From Laetmonice hystrix (taxonomy: Eukaryota), in assembly GCA_965235115.1 (NCBI GenBank), contig OZ249436.1, positions 55,430,001-55,494,000 of the forward strand: DNA of 64,000 nt, written 5' to 3'. The translations under genes and the position numbers were made by a program. Below the pieces are notes generated by a model. The model worked only from the letters and a program-made list of their open reading frames with translations, was not told the origin of the DNA and did not search any database. Of the stretch, positions 13,715 to 26,600 are shown in pieces (positions within the stretch are counted from its first letter, which is position 1; each line of letters starts with the position of its first letter).

Positions 13715-14548
13715 GATAGCTTATGTGTTAGTTGTTGAGGCAGGTTTCATTGACGTACTGTAAAACGGAGTAAGGAATGGTATTCATACTTTGTGGTTAC
13801 CATCTATAGTGACATAATGTTTTGTTTGAAGTTAGTGTTAAAAATAACAAAGTAAAGACTCACATTAAAGTAGCCGGGGTTGACGTTGGCTGGGTTGACC
13901 TGAGGTACGATGGGACAGTCAAACCAGCGTATTTTGTCGGTAAGTTGTCCAAGCTTTAATACGTCCGTCCCACAGACAAGGTCACACCTCGGCGTTCGTC
14001 CCGCACGTGGAGAAACGCGGGCGTTCATACGTCACGTTCGAGTCTCTACTCGCAGCGTTTCTCTCCGTCTTATCGTTCAACGCTTAAATCGGCAGTTAGG
14101 GAACAAAGGAACTGTAGCTACATATTAAAAAATCAAATGTTATAGTTGTTGTTCCTGTTTACTTTCGGCGTCGTGTCGAAAGTCGGTGTGCCAACTTTGT
14201 TGAAGGAGCTTTCTTTCGTTGGCGCAATTCTTCATTTGTTGGGCACAGGGGGTAATATACCGGTACATAAGAGTTAGGAATGTTGTGAGGGAAATCATTG
14301 TTAAAAAGTTATGTGTCCAGACTTTATGTCTTGAATGGATAATGTATGAAATGGAGAGCCTTGAGAAATGTGAAATGAAAGGTTTTATCGACACATGGCA
14401 AAACGTGTTCAGAGGCTGAATATAAACGTTCTGAGAACGAGTAGTTTGTTTTCTACTTTATTGATTGACTGGTTATTTGTGGCTGTTGATTTCACAGATG
14501 ATTGTAACATGCAGGGAGTTCAATGGATTTTGTCTGGTGTATTTTCAG

Positions 14549-14639
14549 GGGCCATACTTATATTCCTGCCAGGATATGATGAGATTGTGAGCCTGAGAGA
14601 CAAGATACATGATGACAAACAGTTCGCTGATGGCAACAA
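14549..14639 (+). CDS. YTHDC2: YTHDC2 exon (RecA2 motif IV)
   Basis: tttcag|GG GCC ATA = [30 protein letters not shown]|gtaagt. Confidence 0.93.
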
Positions 14640-17600
14640 GTAAGTCGGCTGTCTGAACTCATCATACTGAAAACTTGCTATTTTCTGGCTTAGAAATATG
14701 CAAATCATCCCGAGGGCTTCGGTCAGAATTTCAATTAAGAAGCAGTACAAATGACTCGGAATAAAGAAGTGGCCGTGCAACTGAATACTTCTTTCCTTCC
14801 TTACCTATACTCCTCCCTTTAATCCCTATTTCAGACCTTTAGTTTGGCCTTTTGTACTTTTCCTCCTTCCATCTTTCAGATTTCATTGTGTCCGTTCTTC
14901 CCTCCTTCCTTTCCGTATTCCATCCCTTCCCTTCCAAAACCAAATCGGATACAGGCACGAATATGATTTCTTCATGAACGGAGTTATTTTCCCATAGCGA
15001 TATCCATGAGCTCATTTCCTTACATATGCATTTATGGATCTTACATAACTCCCAGTGTATTATACAGTATAAAGAACGGTGAAAAATGATGGAATAGTCT
15101 TGTTCTTGATAAACATTTATCGTTTGTTCCCTCCATTGCTTTGAACAACGAAACCCCATCTGAAGACCACATGCCCCAGATATTTCCTAATCCTGTATTA
15201 TGTCTCTGTCTATGATTGATATCAGTTTTAACCCTGCCGTGTGAACACGCGAGTGGTACTTGTGGCTATTGTTATCTACAAAAAGGGGCAGCAAAAGGCA
15301 AAGCTACAATGGAAGTCAGGGGACTGTCAATTTATTTGCATCCTCTCGTGATATTGATGCGTTTCATTTCTTTAGAGTATGATGTCATCGAGTAGTCATG
15401 CACATGATGATGCGATTATTGTAAGAAAAGGTTTTTGGTTTTCTTTATTTCTGTATGATGGTTTGAGGCGGTTTTGGTTCTAAAATACCGACTTTCTCTC
15501 TGGAAATAAATTGAGGGCTGCAAGAATGTGGTAATATATCGAGGATGTATTTTCCTTGATTATTACTACTTTACAATTTGTTGGTATTTATGTGTGATTT
15601 GTGACTGTGCTCATTGTCCACAGATACATCCTATACGTCCTACACTCGGCCATGCAGTCCAGCGACCAACGCCGCGTTTTCAAAACACCCCCACAAGGAG
15701 TACGAAAAATCGTAAGTGAAAGATCTCAAATGGTTGCCTGTCATATGATTTAGAGGTCGTGCCCGTGTTGTTTTTAATACATGTAAACGATATGTGGGTT
15801 TTTATCAAACGAACGAAAATCATGTTCCACCGTTTTGAAGCTTGAAGCGTTTAAAAAGAGGCACAACGGTTGGTAGCTGATAGCAAACACAAAGATTGTC
15901 AGTGCATGAAATTACTCGGCCGCGACATTCCCGTAGTGCTCAGAGTGCATAGAATTCTGGGGCGGAAAAACCTCGGCACATTTTGTGTAGACAGAAAATA
16001 ATGTCTGGGGTAATATTTGCTGGCATTGTAATACGAGTGCCATGAGATTTCCAGTCTGGTGCTGGGGCAGGGAATACAACTGGCGCCGGACAATATTAAT
16101 ATTGCTGTGTAATTAGTTTATTTCTTTGTAGTCTGCATCGTCTGTCTTGAGGGATTATTCACTAGCACTGAGTTTGTGAACTGGCTGATTCTCTCCAGGA
16201 AAACTAAAGCAAAAATCAGCTGGTTGTGTAATTGGGATGTGTATCGAACCACAGTCAGACAGGAAACTTTACACCCCGCTACCCCTGTTAGAACAGACAT
16301 TCTGTGCCAAGGGTCAGAAATATGTAATATTTGTACAAAAATAAAGGTGTAATCCAGCCAAGGAGATTGTTATGTTTGACCCGATAGGGTTAGATTTTTG
16401 ACGGATCTTGTTTCAGATTTTATCCACCAATCTAGCAGAGACAAGTATTACCATCGATGATGTAGTGTTCGTCGTAGATTCCGGGAAAGTGAAAGAGGTC
16501 GGTTACCCCTAACGTTGCTCTTCTTTTTTTTAAATTTCCAAATGTTACATTTCCGGTATTGGTGAATGTTAAGTGAACTGACAGATTTTTTTTTTTGGTT
16601 GAGTAGAAGTCGTTTGATGCAATCACCGCAGTGTCAATGTTGAAAGTCCAGTGGGTCTCTCGTGCCAGCGCTGTGCAGAGGAGAGGAAGGTATGGCCCTT
16701 TTTTTTACCCCCGAATTATGTAAAACGTAGAAATGCCTGACTCAGAAAGTCAAGTCATGTTTCTTTGATTTATAAAGTCTGTAGGAATAACCGACATACA
16801 GTGAGGAGATCCTTGTGATTCTCCAATTCTTTATTCAGAGCAGGAGTGCAGTGATCAGATATAATCCACATATGACGGGACGTATTAATCTCGGATGGTT
16901 AATATCCGTTACGCAATAAAGATGTGAGGGTTTGACCCATGTGGTGTGGAGAACGGTTAGAACACAGAGAGGGAGACAAACCTGGGGGTCGTCAGTCTGG
17001 ATCTTAGACCACGTGTGTTTGATCAATGTTAGTAGAGTCTAACACAGACAGATATCAATGACTCCTCGAGACATTTCTACAGTTAGATGAAGCAGGACAT
17101 GTTGGGGGACGTGGGTAGGAAATGAAGACTGATGATAGCTTCTTGTAATTTTTGTTGGTTGGTTACACGGATGGGATATGTTTTTATTATTGTTGTCCGC
17201 CGTCAGGGCCGGGCGATGTCGGCCTGGGGTCGCCTACCATCTCTTCAGCCGGGCTCGCTATGAGAACATGCAGGAGTATCAGGATCCGGAGATTCTGCGC
17301 TACCCCCTACAGGTCAGATTAACCCCCACCCCTGGCGTCCAGCTACCCTCCAACTCTCATGTCCTTCTCCCAACCCCCACCTACCGGCGTAAAGTTAGAA
17401 ACCCATGTCAAGATAAGTGTTCTTTAATATTTTACTTGTCCCTTGAAAACGGTAGCGCACTTATATTAGTCATAAAGACCTCATGAAGGTTTTGCCAGCC
17501 GTCGTTTGTGGTGTCTGGTTGTTTGCGGAGGTCAGATCCTCTGAGGTACTCGTGCTGCCCCCTAGTGTTAATGGCTTGTAAAGGCCCAATAAATCCAGGT

Positions 17601-20600
17601 TCCCATTGCAGACGTTATCTGAGGTTTCTAGTCTGAGAAAGTTGACACGTACTACCAATTGTTACAGGAGATCTGTTTGCACACCAAACTTCTGGCGCCC
17701 GTCAACTGTCCTATTGCTGATTTCATCGCCAAGGCGCCAGAAGCACCGTCCTTCCTCATCACACGGAACGCTGTACATATACTCAAGGTAAAAATAACGC
17801 CATTAACTGACTGCCTCGGGTGTGGCACTTTGTGATTGGTCAGCCTGACCTTGAGAAAAGTGTACTTTTTCATGTCAGTTATTGGCAGAGTTTCATCGTT
17901 GTTTTAGAGTGTTTGCCCTGAATCCCAAACACAAGGAATCTGGTGTTTCTTTCCACGTTTACTCATTCGTGCCTCAAGTTATTTTAGTTTGAGATGTATC
18001 TGTTTGAGGAATGTATGTTATTGTGTAGATATATGTCATGCCCCCCCTCCTTTTTTTTAATTACATGGAGAGATTTGGTGAATGAAGTTATATTGGACAA
18101 AAACTGTGATTTAGACTCTAAGGATTCAGTCAATGTAGAGAAAACTGTGGATTATAAAACGGTTGCCATCAAAGCTTTCATCCTGTTCTGACCTGCCATG
18201 TATGAATACCCTGTAGCAAATGGACGCCCTGGATGCGTTCGAGGATCTGACAGAGTTAGGTCATCATTTGGCTGACCTGCCGGTCGAGCCAAGATATGCC
18301 AAGATGGTGCTCTACTCGGTCGTTCTCAAGTGTATTGATCCAGTGCTCACCACGGCTTGCTGCCTGGCCTACAGGAACCCGTGTAAGAAAATACTCATCT
18401 TGTTAGAAAATATAGTTCTAGTTGATGTTCAGTCATTTTCCCCACCATAATATTTTGTAAGTTTAATGTCAAATATCTGACCATTCGACCCCTGTCCAGT
18501 CATCCTGCCAGCCCAGCCCTACCAGAAGCGCCAGGCTGCAATGGCAAAACGCAAGTTCTCGTCAGGGGCCCATAGTGACCATATGGCTCTTCTCAGGGCT
18601 TTTCAGGTGAGGATTCGACAGCATAAAAATAACCTGTTTGGGACAAGCTTGGTGTTCATGCTCTCCGCCAGAGGGCAGCATGTTCTTGGTTCAGGCATGT
18701 ACTTTTCATGTACATTGTATGTGTTTTTCCGAGTACTGTTACTAACTGTGAAAAACGTTCCTTCACTTAATCAGAATCCGTTATGTGACCTTTATTATTT
18801 TCTATGTTTTGCCTCGTTTCATTGGAAGTCGTGGCAGAGAGCCAAAACAGAAGGTTGGGAGAAATCCTTCTGTGAGAAGAACTTTCTTTCAGCCTCAACC
18901 ATGGAGATGATCTTTGGAATGAGGTAAAGTACTTTCAAGGAATCAAGAATGTTAAAAGTAACCTTCTCGAGGATTTTCATATTTCCTGAGAAATTAAAAA
19001 GTAATTGTAGAAATTTAAAAGTAAAGAAAATAATTATAGAAAGTTTGAGAAAGGTTCTGGACAAAGAAACGAAACTTTGCATAATAAACCTTGTTACATA
19101 ATTGAACTTTATTCACCGTTCTCATACATTGGTTTTCAAAGCAAAGGCTATAGACCTCGAAATGTGAGCTAACTGATCTGCACAAATTAAAACGCTGCTG
19201 ATATATTTCTCGTTGTAGGACCCAGTTGTTGGGCCAGCTGCGAGCCTCAGGTTTCGTACGTGCCCGAGGTGGGGGTGACATCCGTGATCTAAACACCAAC
19301 TCGGAGAACTGGGCAGTAGTAAAGGCAGCCTTGTGTGCCGGCATGTACCCTAACATTATCAGGGTAGACAGAGCCAGACTCCGCCTCCTCACTGTGTAAG
19401 GCAAACCTAAATATACCGGCTTCTCTCTCTCGTACAGTTTTACAGCAGATTTTGTAGGGAAATTAGTGTTGATCTTTTTATCGGGGAAAGCTTGCAGTCG
19501 TTTGAAGAGGATAATTGATTTAAACTTATCAAGTCAGATTCAAGTCGGAGATTGCTGTGTTTGCTGAAACGACTGCTGTGCTGTTAAACCTCAAACAATA
19601 AGAACATCTTCCAGCCATTCTGCACTAAAATACGCTTAGGATTTTTTTTTTCAAGGTTGTTATAAGTGCTTTACCAGAATCGGTTTCAGGGTCTGTTGTT
19701 GATAAACAGTTTCAGAGAAATCGGACTTTATAGGAACAGCAACATAAATATCGATTTGTTTACTTCTGAGTTGCGTACAAAAAAAGATTCAAGCCTGATT
19801 CGTTGATTGTTCCTATTCTACCTGTATTCAGGAAGGAGAACAAAGTCCGTTTCCACAACTCCTCCGTATTGAGTGCAGCACCCAACCAACTCGGCTCTGA
19901 CACGTACGCCTCGGCAGTCAGTAAGCTGCCCACTGATTGGCTGGTGTACGAGGAGATGACGCGCGCGCACATCCTAGCTCACGTGCGCTGCTGTACGGCC
20001 GTATCTCCCGTCACTGTGGCCATCTTTGCCGGGCCGGCCAAGCTACCTCATGACGTCATCAGGGAGGCAGAGAGTGGCGTCCATGGTAAGACAGCTCTAA
20101 TGGAGACCGTAGTTCTCGGATAGAAACCGTATTTCTATTTAAAAACGCACTGTGAACATTGAAAGCTCAGCTGTCCCTGGTTCAGTTCTGAAAAACTTAA
20201 GATCTTGCTTAAGTTTAAGCTTTACTCTTCTGTTTTGCTGGTTGCAACATAGCAGCCAATCAGTTCAGTTGAGTTCAGTTCGATTATTGCTGAGATCAGA
20301 CCTACTGGTCTGTTTGGTAGCAATATCCAGTTTGTTTCCATAGTTTGTCCAGTCGAGTCTTAAACCCGGCTACTCAGAAGCGTTAAGCTTGAGTTTGAGC
20401 GAGATCTCAAGTTATCAAGAACTAGGGGAGGGGTAGCTGTGCTTTGAGTGCTCTCTCTTTTAAGAATAGAGCCGCTGTCGCCTAAATCTCACAGATTGTA
20501 AATCAAACCGGTTGTACTGCTATGATAGGACAGAATACAGAAATCAAACTGGTTGTATTGCTGTGATAGGACAGCTTACAGAAATCAAACCGGTTGTACT

Positions 20601-23600
20601 GCTGTGATAGGACAGCTTACAGAAATCAGACCGGTTGTACTGCTGTGATAGGACAGCTTACAGAAATCAAACTGATTGTACTGCTGTGGTAAGACAGATT
20701 ACAGAAATCAAACTGATTATGCATACTGCTGTGATAGGATAGCTTACAGAAATCAAACTGATTGTACTGCTGTGATAGGACAGATTACAGAAATCAGACG
20801 GATTGTACTGCTATGATAGGACAGAATACAGAAATCAAACCGGTTGTACTGCTGTGATAGGACAGCTTACAGAAATCAAACCGGTTGTACTGCTGTGATA
20901 GGACAGCTTACAGAAATCAAACCGATTGTACTGCTGTTATAGAACAGAATACAGAAATCAAACGGATTTTTTCTGCTATGATAGGACAGAATACAGAAAT
21001 CAAACCGGTTGTACTGCTGTGATAGGACAGCTTACAGAAATCAAACCGGTTGTACTGCTGTGATAGGACAGCTTACAGAAATCAAACCGGTTGTACTGCT
21101 GTGATAGGACAGCTTACAGAAATCAAACTGGTTGTACTGCTGTGATAGGACAGATTACAGAAATCAAACCGGTTGTACTGCTGTGATAGGACAGCTTACA
21201 GAAATCAAACTGGTTGTACTGCTGTGATAGGACAGATTACAGAAATCAAACTGGTTGTACTGCTGTGATAGGACAGCTTACAGAAATCAAACTGGTTGTA
21301 CTGCTGTGATAGGACAGCTTACAGAAATCAAACCGGTTGTACTGCTGTGAAAGGACAGTTTACAAAAACTCAAACCGGTTGTACTGCTGTGATAGGACAG
21401 GTTTCAATGATTGGAAAACGCAGTAGTAAAACAGGTGCTTGTTTTTCAGTTGCTCAGGGAGATGGTTTCCATGACAACAGCACAGACAGTGAGGGGGAGG
21501 AGAAGGAGGAGGGCAAGACGTCTCGTTTCCGGATTGATGAGTGGATTCAGTACAAGGTCGACCCAGAGGTCGGTCACTGAGTACACTGATCATTATGATC
21601 TACAATTATCAATTAAAAATGTAGTCACATATCGGTTCGAGCAGCAGGAAGATTCCTTTCTGAAATCAGAATATATCAGAACGGAACAGCAGGCTTTGCT
21701 AAAGAAAAAATCAAACAGAGAACGGAAACAAGTCATTTTTTATCCCTTCCCCCGATAGGGGAAGGGATCTTGAAATTGTCTGGTTTCGTCTTCCTTATTT
21801 TTATGCCTGTAGTAGTCGTGGTCGTCGTCGTAGTAGTAGTAGTAGTAAACCTATACGTATATCTCAGTCATTTTTGAAGATATCTCAATGAAACTTGGGA
21901 TATGGCTTGACGGTGACAAACTCTGATCTCATGGTGCGTCATGACGTCACGTGACGTCACGTCATGACGTGATAACGTAAAACGTGTTTTGTGCATTAAA
22001 GGCATTTTTGAACCTTATCTTGGGAATTTCCAAAACCTGTTGTTGCTTTATAGTCAGGCAAGGTTGTTGCATAATTTGGACCCTTCATTTGACCTTTGAC
22101 CTTTGAACTTAGGAAGACCTGGGTGCTAGCTCACAAATCGCTTAAATCATATCTCCTTCCCCATTTTTTTATAAAATTTGACTATATTTGGCAGAAGCAC
22201 TCTCTAGGGAGAGCTCCACTAGATTCCTGGGCGGCTAAGCGATTTGACCTATTTTGGCTGAACCACGTGACCTGAAAGTTTAGAACTTGGGCTTGACTTA
22301 GGTCATTTCGAAGATTCTGTGCTGTAACTCTTGAATGATTTGAGACAGAGCCATAATTTTTAATGAACCTTAGAAAGTTTTATGTCTACTTTAATTAGGT
22401 ACCATATTTTTTGTGCCACGTGAATTGTGACGTCATCTACAACGTCATCTACAACGTAATCTCTTTCTTAATTTGGGGCACGTCTCAACTACGGGACAAT
22501 AAGCTCAGCGTTTTAATATTTACACGGTGTGGACTTAAAATGTCTACTTTAAGATATTATAAATTTCAATTGGCGAAATATATAATTAACAATACGGAGA
22601 TCAATTATATAAGAGAAGGTCGTGAAGAGAGACAGGCAATTTGACCACTGATCAAGTGACCTAGAAACCTGGTTTCGTGAGTGATGTCAGGGCCTCGCTC
22701 GGTGTCCGCGTGAAGGGGGCCGACTGCGGACGCTGAGCCTATCGGCCTCTGTATTAATAAGTATCTAATATTTCTGCCTAAAACTATGGGGAGTACTTCA
22801 GGTACATATTTAGCTCAATGTCAGGCAACTTTGAAGAGAAGATTCCAAGTCTCGGAAGGGAACTCGCCATGTGAAGACCGAAGCTATTTACTAACAAATC
22901 TCAGCAATGGCGTTCTCCATAACGTTAGTAAGTCCACACTGCAGACAGTGGCGTATATGCTGTATGTTTCGTCATTAAACGTGAAATATAGCTGTAAATT
23001 ATCTGTAGCCAAATGACTGGCAATTATCAAGGGGAGAAACATAATATTTTTCAAATTCAGGACTCTACTTCGAAAAAAAACATCAAAACGAAAACAGCAA
23101 ATGACTTGATGGGGAATCGAACGCCAGACCTGTCGCATATTGAGCATACTCTTCTAAAGAGCTATTACGTTCTGTTGGATGCTACTGCTTTGAATTGCTA
23201 CTGATGCCTGTCTTTGTAAATATTTAATGTAGACTTTTGCTTTGAAAGTCGATGTATAGATTAAACATTTATAGCTCCTTGTGTATAACGTTTGAATAAG
23301 TATGGCTGCGTTTTGGCTAAGGAAATGGCTAGAGTAAGAAATCAAAAACCCATCTCGTTAGCACACAATCAACCGTGGGGGGGGGGCGAAGTTTGACACC
23401 AGGTAGCAGCACGTCTCGACTATACACTGTCCTCACGCTAGGGGGCCGGGCCCTGGCGGCGGCAGATGGAGTGAGCAGTTCTAAGTATACTATACTATCC
23501 CTGACCCTGTTCCTTTGCCTCCATCGATGTTGTGAATAAACATATTGTATTGTATTGAATTGAGCATATCTGGGCCAGGGATGGTCACATATCAATATGT

Positions 23601-26600
23601 CGGCTAAATATCAGGGACCCCCTACCTTCCACATCTATTGGGACTCACTCAATAGGCCTATTAAATATGAGGGACCCCCTACCTGCCGCATATCGCCCCT
23701 TTCTACCACATGGCGATATGTGGCAGCCCCTGACCCGGGCGAGGCGTGCTGCGACCTGGTGCTGAACATTGAAACTAGAGAAATGGCATGTGACCTAAAT
23801 GGCATGTGACATTGAATTTGGATCATAGCCATTTTTAAGAAACAAATGACTGTAACTCTGAAACCGTCTAAGATAGAGCCATGGTTACTACTGAACATGA
23901 ATAGTAAGTCATAGATACTCTTTCAATTGACACCAACATTTTTACCTATCGTGATGTATGAACTATGACGTCATAGTGACGTCATTCACATTTTCTAAGG
24001 TTTTCAGAGGTTTGTAACTCCTAAACGGTGCTAGATAAGACCATAGTTACTTATTTCATGAATAGATCTTATTATACCTCATCAGGATTTGTAAAATCGT
24101 GGAACCCCTCAAAACTCGCAATTTAAAATTAAATTTCTTAGCTTTTATTGAATTAAACACCTAGAAAAGGTTGAAAAATTGTTCCCGATCTATTTTATTT
24201 CAAACAAAGCTGGCTGGGGAAAAGGGGGGACTGCCATCGAGGCAGGTTAAAATCAATTTACGATCTTTGTTTTGTCTAAACATGTACAAGTTCATATATG
24301 CAGGCCCGTATATAGGGTGGGGCACATTTTAAATTCAAATTCTGCTCTTTCAAATAACACCAACATTTACGTCATATGACGTGACGTCATGACGTAATTT
24401 GATGTTTTGGGAAGTACCTCATTGTACCACATTGTACCAGTCCCGTGATCAGTTAGAGAAACTTCATTCATAGCACCCAGCTTGCCTCTTGACGGGGAAT
24501 CATTTTATTTATCAATTTGACCTCTGACCCTTGACATTCTTGAGATCTAGGTTACAGGTCAAAATGTGACTATTTCAATACTCCTCTCACAATTTTTGAC
24601 AAATCGAGCCCAAATTGATACCAGGGAATCTCCATAGTATTCCCCAAAGGCCCGGGATCAGACTTGGTGTTGTGCCCTATTTTTAGCATACCACGTGACA
24701 TCGGAATTGGGTCATAGCCATTGGCTGTAACTCTGAAACCGTGTAAGATAGAGCCATGGTTACTATTGAACATGAATAGGAAGTCATATATGCTCTTTCA
24801 ATTGACACCAAGATTTATGACGTCATGTGACGTATAACGTCATAATGACGTCATCAGCATTTTCAGAGGCCTATAACTCTTAAACTGTGCTAGATAGGGC
24901 CATTGTTACTATTGAACACGAATAGGAACTCATAGATGCTCTTTCAAATGACACCAAGATTTACGTCATATGACCTGACGTCATGACGTAATTTGGTGTT
25001 TTGGGAAGTACCTCATTGTGCCTCATTGTACCAGTCCCATGATCAGTTAGACAAAATTCATTCATAGCACTTAGCTTGCAACTTGAGAGGGAATAATTTT
25101 ATTCAACAATTTGACCTCTGACCTTTGACCTTCTTGAAATCTAGGTTACAGCTCAAAATGTGACTAATTCGCCTCTCCTCCAACAAATTTTGACAAATCG
25201 AGCCCAAATTGATACCAGGGAATCTCCATGGGGTTTCCCAGATCCCCGGGATCAGACTAAGGGCTGGGCACTATTTTCAGCATACCATGTGACATCGAAA
25301 TTGGGTCATATCCATTTTTGAGAAACAAATGGCGGTAACTCTGAAACGGTGTAAGATAGAGCCATGGTTACTATTGAACATGAATAAGAAGTCATATATG
25401 CTCTTTCGAATGCCACCAACCTTTTTGACCTATCATCACGTATGACGTCATAATGACGTCATTGCCATTTTCTAAGGATTTTCAGAGGCCTGTAACTCCT
25501 AAACGGTGCTAGATACGATCATAGTTACTATTGAACCCGAATAGGAACTCATAGATGCTCTTTTCAGTTACCAAGACTTATGACGTCGTGTGACGTATAA
25601 CGTCATAATGACCTCATAATACACCAATGCCAGTTGTGCCATTGTTATAGCCATACTAATCGCCATGTCTGGTTTTGGCTAGGTACACGTCATGGCTAGG
25701 TACACGTCACGTAGTTGTACACGTCTTGGCTAGGTGCACGTCATGTAGATAAATGGGAAATGGGATCTGGTGTTGCCTAGCAACACCTATTGCCTCGTTA
25801 TCATTATTTTTATTATTGCCTAATTGTTCCTCGTCATGGGAAGGGATCCCTGTATTGCTTTAGCAATCAGTCGGGCTAGTTCGTTTCTGTTCTTTCTGTG
25901 TGGAGATGATACAGAAGAACCCCAAACACCGGGCCAAGGCCCTACACTTATCGATAAGTAGCAAGGGTTATTTTACGTGCAAAACTGCATAGACACAGCG
26001 TTACACGCCCTGCCTTTGATAAACTGGTGAGGAAAGGGGGATTCGGACCAGAATTGAGTGGCACTGTCCACATCTTACTGCTGAAGCCCTGACCCGGTGT
26101 GTGGTTTTCTGATAATATCATGGATGGGGTATCCAGTATAATGTTATATGTTGTATATTGCTGTATGTTAATGAATGGTAAACTGTGCCTTTAGGCTGCC
26201 AGCCTAGCCATGCAGCTGCGGCAGAAGTGGCATTCTCTCTTCATTCGCCGCATGAGGGCGCCGTCAAAACCTTGGTCCCAAGTTGATGAAGTAAGTCGGA
26301 GGGGAAACCAAGTGATACCTTTATCAGATGTTTTTCTACACGTTAAAAGCGGGAAACCTCAGAACTGTGGTAATATTGACATATTCTGTTATAATAATAA
26401 TATTACACTGGAAGTTCTTTTCATTTTATATTTTTTATTTTTACTTCATAGAATGTGATCCGAACAGTAATTAGCGTCTTGACCAATGAGGAGCAAGCTT
26501 TGGGTCTGCAGCAACCAGCAGGAATAGGGCAGCGACCTCGGCCCATGTGTAAGTCATACATCATATAGAGCAGTCAGCATGTATGGATATTTTACCAAAT

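Noticed and set aside
14146..14251. Open, phase-compatible + strand segment as the missing upstream YTHDC2 exon
   Set aside because: The peptide (LLFLFTFGVVSKVG...) shows no resemblance to the YTHDC2 sequence expected before motif IV.
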